A DNA stretch of 64,000 nt from an uncultured Gammaproteobacteria bacterium (GTDB taxonomy: Bacteria; Pseudomonadota; Gammaproteobacteria; SZUA-140). The DNA lies in contig CALZHD010000003.1 of the NCBI GenBank assembly GCA_945787155.1, positions 2,455-66,454 on the forward strand, given 5' to 3'. Positions 1-12,683 of this stretch are shown here, piece after piece (within the stretch, counting starts at the first letter, position 1; each line of letters opens with the position of its first letter). The position numbers and the translations under genes are program-made. The notes under the pieces are model-generated. The model worked only from the letters and a program-made list of their open reading frames with translations, was not told where the DNA came from and made no database searches.

Positions 1-83
1 ACACTGTTATCCATTGCGTCCTGCGCGATGGCTGGCACCAGCCCATCGCTGTTCCACTTTACTCCATCGAGCCAGTTAGACAT
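1..83 (-). CDS. hisI: Phosphoribosyl-AMP cyclohydrolase / HisIE, N-terminal fragment running off the window edge
   Basis: The reverse-complement frame reads [23 protein letters not shown], a typical HisI N-terminus. The ATG at 83-81 overlaps the hisF stop by 8 bp. Confidence 0.6.
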   Translation of the reverse strand, partial: MSNWLDGVKWNSDGLVPAIAQDAMDNS

Positions 84-846
84 CAACTGCCCTCACCTCA
101 ATACCGCGCGCCGCCATCACATCTTTGGCCTCTTGCACGGTGTGGTGTCCAAAGTGAAAGATACTCGCGGCAAGCACTGCGTCGGCCTTGCCGTCGATCA
201 CTCCATCGGCCAGGTGATCCAGCGTACCAACACCGCCCGAGGCAATCACCGGTACCGGCACTGCCTCACTGATGGCGCGAGTCAGTGCGAGGTCGTAGCC
301 ATCGCGAGTGCCATCTCGGTCCATACTGGTCAGCAGGATTTCACCAGCGCCGTAATCGGCCATCTTAACGGCCCATTCAACGGCGTCGATACCGGTGGCG
401 CTGCGCCCGCCATGGGTAAAGATCTCCCATTTGCCGTCACCGACCTGCTTGGCATCGATCGCCACCACAATGCACTGCGAGCCAAAACGCTCAGCCGCCT
501 GACGCACAAACTCGGGATTATTGACCGCTGTGGTGTTGATACCGACCTTGTCGGCCCCGGCATTGAGCATGCGACGAATATCGCTCAGCTCACGGATACC
601 GCCACCGACCGTCAGCGGAATAAAGACCTGACTCGCCACCTCTTCGACCACGTGCACCATGGTCTCGCGTTCATCTGAACTGGCGGTAATATCGAGAAAG
701 ACCAGTTCGTCTGCGCCCTGCTCGTCATAGCGACGCGCCACCTCAACCGGATCACCGGCATCAAGGATATCAACAAACTGCACCCCTTTAACCACTCGGC
801 CCTCATCGACATCGAGACAGGGGATAATGCGTTTTGCGAGGCTCAT
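76..846 (-). CDS. hisF: Imidazole glycerol phosphate synthase cyclase subunit
   Basis: 256-aa ORF with a full-length HisF-like sequence (IIPCLDV...GGGI...ASGG motifs) in a his gene array. Confidence 0.95.
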   Translation of the reverse strand: MSLAKRIIPCLDVDEGRVVKGVQFVDILDAGDPVEVARRYDEQGADELVFLDITASSDERETMVHVVEEVASQVFIPLTVGGGIRELSDIRRMLNAGADKVGINTTAVNNPEFVRQAAERFGSQCIVVAIDAKQVGDGKWEIFTHGGRSATGIDAVEWAVKMADYGAGEILLTSMDRDGTRDGYDLALTRAISEAVPVPVIASGGVGTLDHLADGVIDGKADAVLAASIFHFGHHTVQEAKDVMAARGIEVRAVDV

Positions 847-890
847 GCTAGACCTGATTGGCTATACGTAATTGACTATTCAGGGAATGC

Positions 891-1628
891 TTATTTGGCA
901 AAGGTGTCTGCCAGCTGCTGACACTCGGCAAAATCAAGCGCATCTTCGTAGAGCGCGCGACCAATGATCGCCCCCATGATCCCTTCTTCCGAAACCGCAC
1001 CCAATGCACGAATATCATCCATCGTACTAACCCCGCCGGAAGCAATGACCGGGATCGTAATCGCCTGCGCCAGCGCCACAGTGGACTCAACATTGACGCC
1101 TCCCATCATGCCATCACGACTAATGTCGGTATAGATAATCGCCTCAACGCCATCGCGCTCAAAGTGCTGCGCAATGTCGATCACATCGTGGTGCGACAAC
1201 TTTGACCAACCATCAATAGCCACCTTGCCGTTTTTGGCATCAAGCCCAACAATAATATGCCCAGGAAAGGCGCTGCATGCATCACCGACAAAATGCGGCT
1301 CATTAACGGCGCTGGTACCGATAATCACATAACTAACCCCCGCTTCCAGATAGGCCTGGATGGTATCTTCATCACGAATACCGCCACCGACCTGGATCGG
1401 CAGATCAGGATAGGCATCGGCTATTTCATGAATCACACTGGCATTTTTAGGCTCGCCTTCAATCGCGCCATTGAGGTCGACGATATGCAGACGTCTTGCT
1501 CCTGCTTCGGCCCAACGCCCGGCCATCGCAACCGGGTCATCGGAAAATACCGTATCGTCATCCATCCGCCCCTGACGCAGGCGCACACATTTCCCATCCT
1601 TAAGATCAATAGCAGGTATCATTAACAT
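891..1628 (-). CDS. hisA: ProFAR isomerase
   Basis: 245 aa, starting [17 protein letters not shown]. Typical HisA (beta/alpha)8 barrel sequence, located between hisH and hisF. Confidence 0.95.
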   Translation of the reverse strand: MLMIPAIDLKDGKCVRLRQGRMDDDTVFSDDPVAMAGRWAEAGARRLHIVDLNGAIEGEPKNASVIHEIADAYPDLPIQVGGGIRDEDTIQAYLEAGVSYVIIGTSAVNEPHFVGDACSAFPGHIIVGLDAKNGKVAIDGWSKLSHHDVIDIAQHFERDGVEAIIYTDISRDGMMGGVNVESTVALAQAITIPVIASGGVSTMDDIRALGAVSEEGIMGAIIGRALYEDALDFAECQQLADTFAK

Positions 1629-1665
1629 GATTGTTCCTCAAACAAATTGGCTATAGTAGTGGTCA

Positions 1666-2313
1666 TTAATTACTTCCGTCCCAACTCAGAAAATTCGACA
1701 ACAGCGCAAGCCCTGCGTGTTGACTCTTTTCCGGATGAAATTGTACTGCAAAGATATTTTCCTGATCGATCACCGCGGTAAAATCAAAACCATACGGCGT
1801 CGTCGCGCTCACCACCGCTTCACTGGCAGGGGCCACATAATAACTATGTACAAAATAGAAACGGCTATCCTGCGCAATGCCTTGCCACATCGGGTGTGAT
1901 TTCACTTGATGCACCTGATTCCAGCCCATATGCGGCACCTTCAGTCCATTGCTAGCGGGGATTGTCCGTAGTTGATCGGCAAAGTGACGCACCTCGCCAG
2001 GGATGATGCCCAGCGCTTCGGTACCACCATTCTCCGCACTACTATCAAGCAATGCCTGCATGCCGAGACAGATCCCCAGAAAGGGTTTATTACGCACACT
2101 CTCTCGGATCACCTCATCCAGTCCGAGGCGCTTGAGTTCGCTAATACAGTCCTGCAATGCGCCAACCCCTGGCAGCACCACTCGATCGGCCCGCAATACG
2201 GCCTCTGCCTCGTGGGTAACGATCACTCGACTACCGCCACTAACATGTTCTAACGCCTTCGAAACAGAACGGATGTTGCCCATTCCATAGTCAATGACTG
2301 CGACTGTTGCCAT
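1666..2313 (-). CDS. hisH: Imidazole glycerol phosphate synthase glutamine amidotransferase subunit
   Basis: 215 aa, VAVIDYGMGN...GICLGMQ...H..E triad of a class I glutamine amidotransferase; his context. Confidence 0.95.
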   Translation of the reverse strand: MATVAVIDYGMGNIRSVSKALEHVSGGSRVIVTHEAEAVLRADRVVLPGVGALQDCISELKRLGLDEVIRESVRNKPFLGICLGMQALLDSSAENGGTEALGIIPGEVRHFADQLRTIPASNGLKVPHMGWNQVHQVKSHPMWQGIAQDSRFYFVHSYYVAPASEAVVSATTPYGFDFTAVIDQENIFAVQFHPEKSQHAGLALLSNFLSWDGSN

Positions 2314-2372
2314 ACTACTTTCCCAAACCTCTACATATGTTGATCAATCTGATGTGCATCACTCAAACCAGA

Positions 2373-2966
2373 TCACAGATGTCCTTTGGTTGATGGCAGG
2401 ATACCGGCCATGCGTGGATCGGCCTCAACGGCCACTCGCAGGGCGCGTCCAAAGGCTTTAAAGATCGTTTCAGCAACGTGATGTGCATTCTTGCCACGCA
2501 GACTATCGATGTGCAGTGTCACTTGCCCGTGATTGACAAAACCATTGAAAAACTCCAGCAGCAGGTCGACATCAAAATCACCGATGCGGGCACGTGGATA
2601 ATCGACGTGATACTCAATCCCCGGACGCCCGGAGAGATCGATCACAACGCGTGACAGCGCTTCATCGAGCGGCACATAGGCGTGCCCATAACGACGAATG
2701 CCCTGCTTATCGCCCAGCGCCTGGGTCAGTGCCTGCCCGAGCGTGATGCCGACATCCTCGACCGTGTGATGAGCATCGATGTGCAGATCGCCATCGGCCT
2801 TGACGTCGAGGTCAATCAAGCCGTGACGTGCCACCTGATCAAGCATGTGGTCAAGAAACGGGACACCAGTTTCAAAGTTTGAGACGCCGGTTCCATCAAG
2901 ATTGATGGAAATCGTGATGCGGGTTTCTAAAGTATTGCGGCTGACTGTGGCCCTACGCGCAGTCAT
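2373..2966 (-). CDS. hisB: Imidazoleglycerol-phosphate dehydratase
   Basis: 197 aa with the IGPD signature ([18 protein letters not shown]...HHTVED). Monofunctional, with no histidinol-phosphatase domain. Confidence 0.95.
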   Translation of the reverse strand: MTARRATVSRNTLETRITISINLDGTGVSNFETGVPFLDHMLDQVARHGLIDLDVKADGDLHIDAHHTVEDVGITLGQALTQALGDKQGIRRYGHAYVPLDEALSRVVIDLSGRPGIEYHVDYPRARIGDFDVDLLLEFFNGFVNHGQVTLHIDSLRGKNAHHVAETIFKAFGRALRVAVEADPRMAGILPSTKGHL

Positions 2967-3135
2967 CTATCTTCTCCTTACAAGCTGCGTTCATCACAAC
3001 TTAGTGTTAAGCATACTCTTATCTGCCTGCTGAGAAAAGCAACAGAAACGTGATCTATTCACCTGTATGCGTGGTTACCAGATTATTTAACGGGTTATTT
3101 AACGGTTATCCTCATGTAATCATTAAGGCAACTAT

Positions 3136-4440
3136 TCAGTCATCCTTGATACGATATTCAGCAGAACGGGCATGCGCCGTGAGTCCTTCGCCTCGTGCCA
3201 GTACAGAGGCGGTCTTGCCCAACTTCGAGGCACCTTGTGCCGAACACATGATCAGGCTGGAACGCTTCTGAAAGTCGTAAACACCCAACGGCGATGAAAA
3301 ACGTGCCGTACGTGAGGTCGGCAACACATGATTGGGGCCCGCACAGTAATCACCAACGGCTTCTGCGGTATAACGTCCCATGAAGATCGCACCGGCGTGG
3401 CGAATCTTTGTCGTCAACGCCTGTGGGTCTTCGACCGACAGTTCCAGATGTTCCGGGGCGACGATGTTTGAAACCTCGGCGGCCTGCTCGAGATCAGCCA
3501 CCTTGATAAAGGCCGCACGTGCCTTCAACGAGTGGCGGATAATCTCAGCACGCTCCATCGTCGGCAGCAGACGCTCGATACTCGCCTGTACCGCATCAAG
3601 GTGTGCCTCATCAGGCGAAACCAGAATCGACTGCGCATCTTCATCATGCTCAGCCTGTGAAAAGAGATCCATCGCGATCCAGTCGGGGTTGGTCTCACCA
3701 TCGCTAATCACAAGAATCTCGGAAGGACCTGCAATCATATCGATACCGACATTGCCAAACACCATTCCCTTGGCGGTCGCAACATAAATATTACCGGGGC
3801 CGACGATCTTGTCGACCTGCGGGATCGTCTCTGTACCATAGGCGAGTGCCGCCACCGCCTGTGCGCCCCCAATAGTAAAAACGCGATCAACACCCGCAAT
3901 GTCTGCCGCCGCCAGCACCATATCATGCACGATATTATCAGGCGTCGGCACCACCATAATCAGCTCCGCAACACCCGCCACCCTGGCCGGAATGGCGTTC
4001 ATCAATACCGAGGATGGATAGACGGCTTTACCTCCGGGAACATAAAGCCCCACGCGATCCAGCGGCGTCACCTGCTGCCCAAGTAACGTGCCATCGGCCT
4101 CGGTATAAGACCACGACGCCATCTTCTGATGTTCGTGATAGGCATATAGACGTTCAGCCGCCAGCTCCAGCGCCTGGCACTGTTTAGCATCCACCGTCTC
4201 ACGTGCGGCTTTAAGGCGTGACAGCGGGATCTCCAGCGCTCCCATATCCGCAGCGGTGAGGCGATCAAAACGGTTGGTGTATTCCACCACTGCGGCATCG
4301 CCACGTTGGCGCACATCGGCGAGGATGTCACGCACGGTCTGGTTCACCGCATCGTCTGAAACGCTCTCCCACGCCAGACGATCATCGAGCTGACTTCTAA
4401 AATCGGACGCAGCAGCATCCAGACGTACTATCTTAACCAC
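3136..4440 (-). CDS. hisD: Histidinol dehydrogenase
   Basis: 434 aa with full-length similarity to HisD (GPGNIYV, the AGPSE region, the HDEDAQ region). Confidence 0.95.
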   Translation of the reverse strand: MVKIVRLDAAASDFRSQLDDRLAWESVSDDAVNQTVRDILADVRQRGDAAVVEYTNRFDRLTAADMGALEIPLSRLKAARETVDAKQCQALELAAERLYAYHEHQKMASWSYTEADGTLLGQQVTPLDRVGLYVPGGKAVYPSSVLMNAIPARVAGVAELIMVVPTPDNIVHDMVLAAADIAGVDRVFTIGGAQAVAALAYGTETIPQVDKIVGPGNIYVATAKGMVFGNVGIDMIAGPSEILVISDGETNPDWIAMDLFSQAEHDEDAQSILVSPDEAHLDAVQASIERLLPTMERAEIIRHSLKARAAFIKVADLEQAAEVSNIVAPEHLELSVEDPQALTTKIRHAGAIFMGRYTAEAVGDYCAGPNHVLPTSRTARFSSPLGVYDFQKRSSLIMCSAQGASKLGKTASVLARGEGLTAHARSAEYRIKDD

Positions 4441-4502
4441 GGGCCACCTCCATTAAGTCACACTGCAAGCAGGCTGAATTCTCAATAATAATCATTGGGA
4501 TA

Positions 4503-5141
4503 TTAACCTTTTTGGGCAACCGCCTCGGCAATCAGATCGATGTAACGCTTAACGCGCTCATGCTTCATCTTCATCGACGCCTTGTTGACGATCAGGCGTG
4601 AACTGACATCGGCGATGTGATCCATCGGCACCAGACCGTTAGCCTTCAAGGTATTACCGGTATCGACGACGTCAACAATGCGATCTGCCAGCCCCACAAT
4701 CGGTGCCAGTTCCATCGCGCCGTAGAGCTTGATGATCTCGACCTGCTTGCCCTGCTCGGCAAAGTAGCGTTTAGCGGTCTCGACATATTTGGTCGCAATG
4801 CGCATGCGGCTCTCATCGACAACGCCATCTTCAGGCCCAGCGACCATCATGCGACATTTGGCAATTTTCAGATCAAGCGGTTCGTAGAGGCCGTCACCGC
4901 CATATTCAACTAACACATCTTTGCCGGCCACGCCCATATCGGCAGCACCGTATTCAACAAAGGTCGGCACATCAGAAGCACGAATCACCACCAGCTTCAC
5001 ATCATCGAGGTTAGTATCAAGAATCAGTTTGCGGCTGGTGGTTGGGTCATCGGCCGGAATAATGCCGGCATGCGCCAGCAGCGGCAGGGTCTCCTTAAAG
5101 ATACGCCCTTTCGACAGGGCGATGGTAATCGTTGCACTCAT
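4503..5141 (-). CDS. hisG: ATP phosphoribosyltransferase (long form)
   Basis: 212 aa, starting [22 protein letters not shown]. Typical HisG. The start overlaps the murA stop, indicating co-transcription. Confidence 0.95.
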   Translation of the reverse strand: MSATITIALSKGRIFKETLPLLAHAGIIPADDPTTSRKLILDTNLDDVKLVVIRASDVPTFVEYGAADMGVAGKDVLVEYGGDGLYEPLDLKIAKCRMMVAGPEDGVVDESRMRIATKYVETAKRYFAEQGKQVEIIKLYGAMELAPIVGLADRIVDVVDTGNTLKANGLVPMDHIADVSSRLIVNKASMKMKHERVKRYIDLIAEAVAQKG

Positions 5142-5145
5142 TTCA

Positions 5146-6393
<1,248 letters not shown>

Positions 6394-6476
6394 TTAAGTC
6401 GTCATAGAAATGAAACGGACAGCGTCCAAGATTCGGTTGCGATCCCAATCAGGATCCAGTTTCGACCCTGTTACGA

Positions 6477-6737
6477 TCAAAGTACCCTGCGTTTCTGCGC
6501 TTCTTCCCACTGCCCAGGGGTGTAGGTCTTCATTGACAGCGCATGGATCGCCGCGTTTTCAATATTGTCGCCCAATGTGGCATAGACCATTCGATGTTGT
6601 TGCAACATACCCTTGCCGTCAAAGGCCTCACTAATGACAATCGCCTCAAAATGAGAACCGTCACCGCTCACGCTGACCTGGCTATCAGGCATTCCTGCCT
6701 CAATCATCTTTTTTATTTCATCAATTTGCATCATCAA
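6477..6737 (-). CDS. ibaG: BolA-family protein (IbaG/YrbA-like)
   Basis: 86 aa BolA fold sequence (SGDGSHFEAIVISEAF...MVYATL). Sits between the mla operon and murA, as in the E. coli mlaFEDCB-ibaG-murA arrangement. Confidence 0.8.
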   Translation of the reverse strand: MMMQIDEIKKMIEAGMPDSQVSVSGDGSHFEAIVISEAFDGKGMLQQHRMVYATLGDNIENAAIHALSMKTYTPGQWEEAQKRRVL

Positions 6738-6872
6738 TCTCTATCAGCAGCCGCAAATTTACTCGCGTACTGCCATTGTTTAGGGTCAAAATATGGCGCT
6801 ATGGTACCAGAAATTGCTACGAAACGAGATGATTCGCGCTACTAGAAGCGCTTTAAGCACAAACAATTCAGA

Positions 6873-7226
6873 TTATGATGGGGCATCCGGCAACGATAAC
6901 ACCCCTTCGAGGCCACTCAAGTGAGCCAGTGCCAACATCTGTGTCGGGATATTAAGAAAGTTAATTTCAACACCCTGAGCGCGAGACTCTCGCATCCACT
7001 CTACCAGCAAGGCCAGTCCTGCGCTATCGGTACGGCCGACCCCTTGCAGGTCCATCGTGACACCAGCGCTCACCTCAGCAGACGCGGTATGACTCGGCAA
7101 TATACACTGAGCTTCGCGTAACAATCCCGGCACACTGGAAAAACTCAGTTCACCGCTAAGCAGAAACACTCCATCGTTGCGCAACTCAATTCGCGGCTTG
7201 ATGGCGCTACTGGCCATTGCGCGCAT
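6873..7226 (-). CDS. mlaB: STAS-domain protein, likely MlaB
   Basis: Small STAS/anti-sigma-antagonist-like protein immediately downstream of mlaC. The start is uncertain: ATG at 7226 or 7217. The longer ORF-track start overlaps mlaC. Confidence 0.65.
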   Translation of the reverse strand: MRAMASSAIKPRIELRNDGVFLLSGELSFSSVPGLLREAQCILPSHTASAEVSAGVTMDLQGVGRTDSAGLALLVEWMRESRAQGVEINFLNIPTQMLALAHLSGLEGVLSLPDAPS

Positions 7227-7827
7227 CCTGATTGCGCTTTTGCAACTGAGCAATCAAACCATCAATCCCGTTCAATTTGCGAATCTCGCTGGAAAAGGTA
7301 GTACGGTAGTTCAGCACCAGGCTAACAGCATCGATCTTGACGTTATAGACCTTCCATTCACCGTCCTTGAGATGCAGACTATAGTCTATCGGTATCGGGA
7401 AGCCACCTTTCTGGTCGATCTCAGTCCTGACCACCACATCGCCTTTATCCTTCCCCTCTCGAAAGGGCAGATAGTTAACCTCCTGACCAGAATAATCCAT
7501 CATCGCGGTAGCATAGGTGCGTACCAGCAGAAAGCTAAACTCCTTGATAAACTGTTCGCGCTGCGCCTCACTCGTTTTGCGCCAATGCTTACCCAGCACG
7601 AGTCGTCCCATGCGATCAAAGTCAAAGTGCGGCAACACAACACCCTCGACCAACTCATAGATATAGACTGGCTGCGCCTCAATCTTCTTTCGATCAGCCT
7701 CTATCAACGAAAGCATCTTGCTGGTGGTGTCCATCACCAGCTGCTGCGCTGGTGCATTGGCCCCAGCGACACTGATCGGCAACAGGGCAAAAAGCCACAG
7801 AGAGAGAATAAGAGGTAAGCGCTTCAT
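7207..7827 (-). CDS. mlaC: Periplasmic phospholipid-binding protein MlaC (Ttg2D family)
   Basis: 206 aa with a signal peptide and MlaC-like sequence (FSFLLVRTYATAMMDYSGQEV). Lies in the mla operon. Confidence 0.85.
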   Translation of the reverse strand: MKRLPLILSLWLFALLPISVAGANAPAQQLVMDTTSKMLSLIEADRKKIEAQPVYIYELVEGVVLPHFDFDRMGRLVLGKHWRKTSEAQREQFIKEFSFLLVRTYATAMMDYSGQEVNYLPFREGKDKGDVVVRTEIDQKGGFPIPIDYSLHLKDGEWKVYNVKIDAVSLVLNYRTTFSSEIRKLNGIDGLIAQLQKRNQDARNGQ

Positions 7828-9188
7828 AAATAATCTCCGGTCACATAACGCAGCTGTGCTACGTGCATATTATAGTCGTTCACCGCCATCAGGTAATCGC
7901 TGTAGACTAGCACGTACCCCTGAAATGCGGCCATTACCGCCTCTGAATCTTCGAGTCCCGCCTCAAAATCGACGTAGCGACTCACCATCCAGCGACGTGC
8001 AGAACGGCTCCCCTGTTTCAACTCGGTGACTGCCTTGTAGTGCCCCTGCACATTGTAATACTGCTCTGCAACCTGAAATGGGATCCCCTGCTGCGCAAAT
8101 GAAGAACGTTCGACCAGCGCCGCTAGCTCCGCATTCGCCCCCGCCACTTCGGCCGCCTGTACACCGTCGGCCCAGTCCCATTTAATCCCAATCAGCGGGG
8201 TTGCGCCATAATCGTTGAATGGATCGTAAACATGGGGATTTTCTAGCTTATCTCGCCTTGGGGCATAGGACGCGGCACCTGCAATCCCGGCGTAGATATT
8301 GGGAAGATTGGCCGAACGATGCGCCGCCACCAGTGAACGCCGTGCCTGCAACCCCGCCTCCAGCTGCATCATCTCGGGACGTCGCTCCAGCGCCCTGTGC
8401 TGCAAGGCCTCAAGCGTCTCCAGCGGCAGATCCACCGGACGGATCCGGCTATCGGCCAGTTCAAGCTCAACATCGCTGCCAATACCGGTCAACATCTTCA
8501 ACCCGGCCAATGCAATCGCTTCCACAGACTCCGCCTTTGCATAATAACGCCTCACCAGTGCGAGACCACTCTGCAACGCATACAGATCGGCCTGTCGCAC
8601 ATCACCGCTATCATTTTCAAGCCAGCGCTCCACCAGTTTCAGAGCCTTCTGCACACGCCCTTCAACATCTTCAAACAGATAACGGGTATCACGCGCCGCC
8701 AGATAACCGTAATAGGCGCGTGTCACATCGATCACAGTGTCGGCACGCTGAATGCGTACATCTTCTTGCTTGACTGCAATGTTGCCCTTGGCAGCATCTG
8801 CAAAGTGCCCGATTTTGCCAAAGGTGTAGAGTGGCTTGATGATGCTGAAACGCACCGAACTCCAGCTGGTCACGCCGCTATATTCATGTTTATCAGCACG
8901 CGGGGTAGTGCCATCGGCGGCAAAGAAACCGCCATCTATCTTGGTGGTCAAACCAACAAAGGCGTTGACATCCACACGGGTGTCATCACTGCCCTCAGCC
9001 TTCTGCAATAATGCACGTGCAGCATCAACCAGGCGCTGCCGCTCGTCAATGCGTGGATCACTCTCCAACGCACGCTCGACCGCGTCATCAAGCGACAACG
9101 ATGTTGTAGGCGTCGACTCATCGGCGCACACCAGTGAGCTACCTGCAATGCTCACTGCAATAAAACACCATAAGCGCTTAGCAACCAT
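7824..9188 (-). CDS. TolC-family outer-membrane efflux protein (OEP), embedded in the mla operon
   Basis: 454 aa with a signal peptide and two OEP-type repeats (LSLDDAVERALESDPRIDERQRLVDAARA... and LPLETLEALQHRALERRPEMMQLEAGLQARR). It overlaps mlaC by 4 bp and ends exactly at the mlaD start, so it is translationally coupled. Confidence 0.75.
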   Translation of the reverse strand: MVAKRLWCFIAVSIAGSSLVCADESTPTTSLSLDDAVERALESDPRIDERQRLVDAARALLQKAEGSDDTRVDVNAFVGLTTKIDGGFFAADGTTPRADKHEYSGVTSWSSVRFSIIKPLYTFGKIGHFADAAKGNIAVKQEDVRIQRADTVIDVTRAYYGYLAARDTRYLFEDVEGRVQKALKLVERWLENDSGDVRQADLYALQSGLALVRRYYAKAESVEAIALAGLKMLTGIGSDVELELADSRIRPVDLPLETLEALQHRALERRPEMMQLEAGLQARRSLVAAHRSANLPNIYAGIAGAASYAPRRDKLENPHVYDPFNDYGATPLIGIKWDWADGVQAAEVAGANAELAALVERSSFAQQGIPFQVAEQYYNVQGHYKAVTELKQGSRSARRWMVSRYVDFEAGLEDSEAVMAAFQGYVLVYSDYLMAVNDYNMHVAQLRYVTGDYL

Positions 9189-9664
9189 TATTCAGCCGCT
9201 CCTCCTTCTGATGCCTTGCTGAAGAGAAATTGGCCGATGATCTGCTCCATTACCATCGCCGACTGGGTCAGGCTTATTTTGTCGCCATCTTTCAAAAACA
9301 GCTCTTCACCCCCCGGTTCAAAACCGATGTACTGCTCACCGAGCAGGCCTGAGGTAAAAATGCTTGCCGAGGTGTCGGTCGGCAGGCGATTGTATTTGGG
9401 ATCAATCATCATTGTCACCACCGCCTCATAATCTTCCTGATCAAAGTCGATCGCTGACACGCGGCCGATACGCACACCGCCGATACTCACCGCCGACAGT
9501 ACCTTCAGCCCGCCTATATTCTCAAACTGCGCCTTAACCTCATACCCCTCGACATCAGAAAATGCGTTGAGATTGCTCACCTTCATCGCCAACATAAAGA
9601 GCGCGGCCATTCCCGCAGCAACAAAGATTCCCACCAGGGTCTCTACTAATCTTGTGTTTTGCAT
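9188..9664 (-). CDS. mlaD: MCE-domain protein MlaD
   Basis: 158 aa with an N-terminal transmembrane helix followed by an MCE domain (GLKVLSAVSIGGVRIGRV). Confidence 0.9.
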   Translation of the reverse strand: MQNTRLVETLVGIFVAAGMAALFMLAMKVSNLNAFSDVEGYEVKAQFENIGGLKVLSAVSIGGVRIGRVSAIDFDQEDYEAVVTMMIDPKYNRLPTDTSASIFTSGLLGEQYIGFEPGGEELFLKDGDKISLTQSAMVMEQIIGQFLFSKASEGGAAE

Positions 9665-9693
9665 TGCAATACTCCTTATACCTCGCCAAACAT

Positions 9694-10473
9694 CTATACT
9701 TCACCAAACATCAGGGCGGTCAAAACAAAATCGAGCCCCAGCACTGCCAGTGAGGCGTAGACCACGGTACGGGTAGTGGCACGACTCACCCCTTCTGAGG
9801 TCGGCACCGCATCATACCCCTCAAACACCGCCACCCATGTCACCACAACGCCAAAAACGATACTCTTGATCACGCCGTTCATAATGTCTTCATTAAAATC
9901 GACACGACTCTGCATCTGTGACCAGAAGGCACCCTCATCGACACCGAGCAACCCAACACCCACAAAGTAACCACCCATCACGCCAACCGCGCTAAAAATG
10001 GCGGCCAGCAGCGGCATCGACAACACCCCAGCGACAAAACGTGGGGCGATGACTCTCTTTAACGGATCAACCGCCATCATCTCCATCCCGGACAGCTGCT
10101 CGGTTGCCTTCATCAGGCCGATTTCAGCAGTCAATGCGGAGCCTGCACGCCCGGCAAACAGCAGCGCTGCCACCACCGGACCCAGTTCACGCACCAACGA
10201 CAGCGCCACCATCACACCCAGTGACTCTTCCGCGCCAAAATCAACCAACGTATTGTAACCCTGCAGCCCCAGCACCATGCCGACAAAGAGTCCGGCGACG
10301 ACAATGATCACCAACGACAACACGCCGACGGAGAAGAGCTGCTGAATCAGCAACCGCAGGCGCAACAGCAGCGAGGGTACCCCCGCGAGCACCGCAAACA
10401 GAAAGAGATGTGCACGCCCCAGGCGCTGAAACGCCGTCAACGCACCGTGACCCAACTGCTGAAAGGTGTTCAT
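9694..10473 (-). CDS. mlaE: Mla ABC transporter permease
   Basis: MlaE-like multi-TM permease. The start is placed at the ATG overlapping the mlaF TGA (ATGA junction); the longer ORF-track start would overlap mlaF. Confidence 0.9.
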   Translation of the reverse strand: MNTFQQLGHGALTAFQRLGRAHLFLFAVLAGVPSLLLRLRLLIQQLFSVGVLSLVIIVVAGLFVGMVLGLQGYNTLVDFGAEESLGVMVALSLVRELGPVVAALLFAGRAGSALTAEIGLMKATEQLSGMEMMAVDPLKRVIAPRFVAGVLSMPLLAAIFSAVGVMGGYFVGVGLLGVDEGAFWSQMQSRVDFNEDIMNGVIKSIVFGVVVTWVAVFEGYDAVPTSEGVSRATTRTVVYASLAVLGLDFVLTALMFGEV

Positions 10474-11288
10474 CGTCCGCCCCCGCGCGACAACAACTCT
10501 TCGGCATAGTCGCCTGCCGGGTAATGAAACGGCACCGGGCCATCCGGCATCCCCTGCATAAACTGGCGCACCCACTCAGATTCAGACTGATGCAACTCAT
10601 CCGGCGTTCCCTGCCCCACCACGACGCCTTGCGATAGCACATATATATAGTCAGCAATCTGCGAGGCCTCGGCCACATCGTGCGAGACAATGATACTGGT
10701 CAACCCTAGCACCTCGTTCAGATCGCGAATCAGCTTCACCAGCACCCCCATTGAGATTGGATCCTGCCCGGTAAACGGTTCGTCGTACATGATCATCATT
10801 GGGTCAAGCGCAATCGCACGCGCCAGCGCCACCCGTCGCGCCATGCCACCCGACAACTCACTCGGCATGAGTCGCTGCGCACCGCGCAATCCGACCGCCT
10901 CAAGCTTCATCAACACCAGATCACGTACCATCGTCTCTGGCAAGGCGGTGTGTTCACGCAGGGGAAAGGCAACATTATCGAACACTGAAAGATCCGTCAG
11001 CAGTGCACCGCTCTGAAATAACATCCCCATGCGCTTGCGCAGTTCGAACAGTTCGCGTCGTGATAGACGAGGCACCTCATGCCCATCGACGTGAATAGTG
11101 CCGGCAGAGGGTCGGATCTGGCCACCGATCAGACGTAGCAACGTCGTCTTGCCGGTACCGCTCGGCCCCATGATGGCAGTCACCTTGCCGCGTTGCAGAT
11201 CAAGGTCGATGCCGTCGAAGATCACCCGCGAACCGAAATGAAAGGTCAGTCCGCGCGCCTCTACCAGATTATTATTTTTATCCATCAT
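10470..11288 (-). CDS. mlaF: Mla ABC transporter ATP-binding protein
   Basis: 272 aa with Walker A (GPSGTGKTT), an ABC signature and Walker B; the usual MlaF position. Confidence 0.9.
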   Translation of the reverse strand: MMDKNNNLVEARGLTFHFGSRVIFDGIDLDLQRGKVTAIMGPSGTGKTTLLRLIGGQIRPSAGTIHVDGHEVPRLSRRELFELRKRMGMLFQSGALLTDLSVFDNVAFPLREHTALPETMVRDLVLMKLEAVGLRGAQRLMPSELSGGMARRVALARAIALDPMMIMYDEPFTGQDPISMGVLVKLIRDLNEVLGLTSIIVSHDVAEASQIADYIYVLSQGVVVGQGTPDELHQSESEWVRQFMQGMPDGPVPFHYPAGDYAEELLSRGGGR

Positions 11289-11327
11289 GGAGGTCCGATC
11301 AGATTATGAGCAGATGATTTTTATCGG

Positions 11328-12683
11328 TTATGTCCCAGCAACGGTCATCGCATCGATCAGCAACGAGCCACACTTGATATTGCCACGATGGTCTACATCA
11401 TTGCCCACCGCCTGTAACTGCATGAACATATCGCTGAGATTACTCGCAATCGTGATCTCATCAACCGGATAGGCTAGCTCACCATTTTCGACCCAGAAAC
11501 CGGCCGCGCCGCGTGAGTAGTCACCGGTCACCGTATTGACACCCATGCCGAGCAGTTCTGTCACCAGCAGGCCTGTGCCCATCTCGCGCAATAGTCCCTG
11601 CTGGTCATGCGCCCCCGGCTCAATCAGTACATTATGCACACCACCCGAGTTACCGGTACTGGCCATGCCAAGTTTACGGGCGGAATAACTATCAAGCACA
11701 TAGCCCTGCAATACCCCATCACGTACCAGATCACGCGCATAGGTTGCCACCCCTTCACTATCGTATGGCGCACTGCCCAGCACCTTCTTCATATGCGGTC
11801 GCTCATGAATATGGACAAATTCAGGGAAGATCTGCTCGCCAAGCTTATCCAGTAGAAATGAAGACTTACGATAAAGATTGCCACCCCGGATCGCAGAGAT
11901 CATATGCGACACCAGACTGCCTGCCACATCCGCAGCAAACAGCACCGGTACCTTACAGGTATCAATGCGCCGACCTCCCAGACGCTGCAATGTTCTCGCG
12001 GCGGTCTTTTTACCAATCTCGGCGGCTGCTTCAAGGTCACGTCGATCACGTGCGACTGAATACCAGTAATCTCTCTGCATGCCATTCTCATCTTCGGCGA
12101 TCACACTACAACTCATGCTGTGACGCGAAGTCGAATAGCCGCCCATAAAACCGTGGCTATTGGCATAGACACGTGTCCCCTCATGACTGGAGAGACTCGC
12201 GCCTTCAGAATTTGAAATCTGCGGGTCAAAACTGCGCGCGGCATCTTCACACTCTTTGGCGAGCTCGATCGCCGTTTCGGGAGAGACATCCCAGGGGTAA
12301 TAGAGATCAAGATCAGGGATCTCCGTTGCCATACGGTCGGCGTCGGCCAGTCCCGCATAAGGATCTTCCGCGGTAAATTTTGCGATGCTACACGCGGCGC
12401 GTACCGCATCTTCCAGTGCCGACGTCGAAAAATCAGCCGTACTCGCCGTCCCTTTTCGCTTATCAAAATAGACGGTAACGCCGATCCCTTTGTCTTTATT
12501 AAACTCAATCGTCTCGACCTCGCCAAGACGCACATTAATCGACAGACCAGACTCCTCACTCAGTGCCGCTTCTGCGGCTGTCGCCCCTTGCGCCTTTGCC
12601 AGTTGCAACACCTGGGCAGCGACCGACTCCAATGATGCCTGATCCTTCAATATATCACGCGCCTTTGCAATATCCCCGCTCAT
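11328..12683 (-). CDS. pmbA: Metalloprotease PmbA (TldE)
   Basis: 451 aa TldE/PmbA-family sequence, paired with tldD and overlapping it by 4 bp. Confidence 0.9.
   Translation of the reverse strand: MSGDIAKARDILKDQASLESVAAQVLQLAKAQGATAAEAALSEESGLSINVRLGEVETIEFNKDKGIGVTVYFDKRKGTASTADFSTSALEDAVRAACSIAKFTAEDPYAGLADADRMATEIPDLDLYYPWDVSPETAIELAKECEDAARSFDPQISNSEGASLSSHEGTRVYANSHGFMGGYSTSRHSMSCSVIAEDENGMQRDYWYSVARDRRDLEAAAEIGKKTAARTLQRLGGRRIDTCKVPVLFAADVAGSLVSHMISAIRGGNLYRKSSFLLDKLGEQIFPEFVHIHERPHMKKVLGSAPYDSEGVATYARDLVRDGVLQGYVLDSYSARKLGMASTGNSGGVHNVLIEPGAHDQQGLLREMGTGLLVTELLGMGVNTVTGDYSRGAAGFWVENGELAYPVDEITIASNLSDMFMQLQAVGNDVDHRGNIKCGSLLIDAMTVAGT

Noticed and set aside
28-678. 216-aa plus-strand ORF
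   Set aside because: It lies entirely antisense to the well-supported hisF gene, and the translation has no recognisable family features. It is a typical shadow ORF.
8219-9222. Several plus-strand ORFs (184, 204 and 128 aa) that are Pro/Ser/Arg-rich
   Set aside because: They are antisense to the TolC-like gene, and their low-complexity, Arg/Pro-rich composition is typical of GC-biased shadow frames.
10241-10690. 149-aa minus-strand ORF overlapping the mlaE/mlaF junction
   Set aside because: Out-of-frame overlap with two strongly supported ABC transporter genes; Cys/Arg-rich translation.
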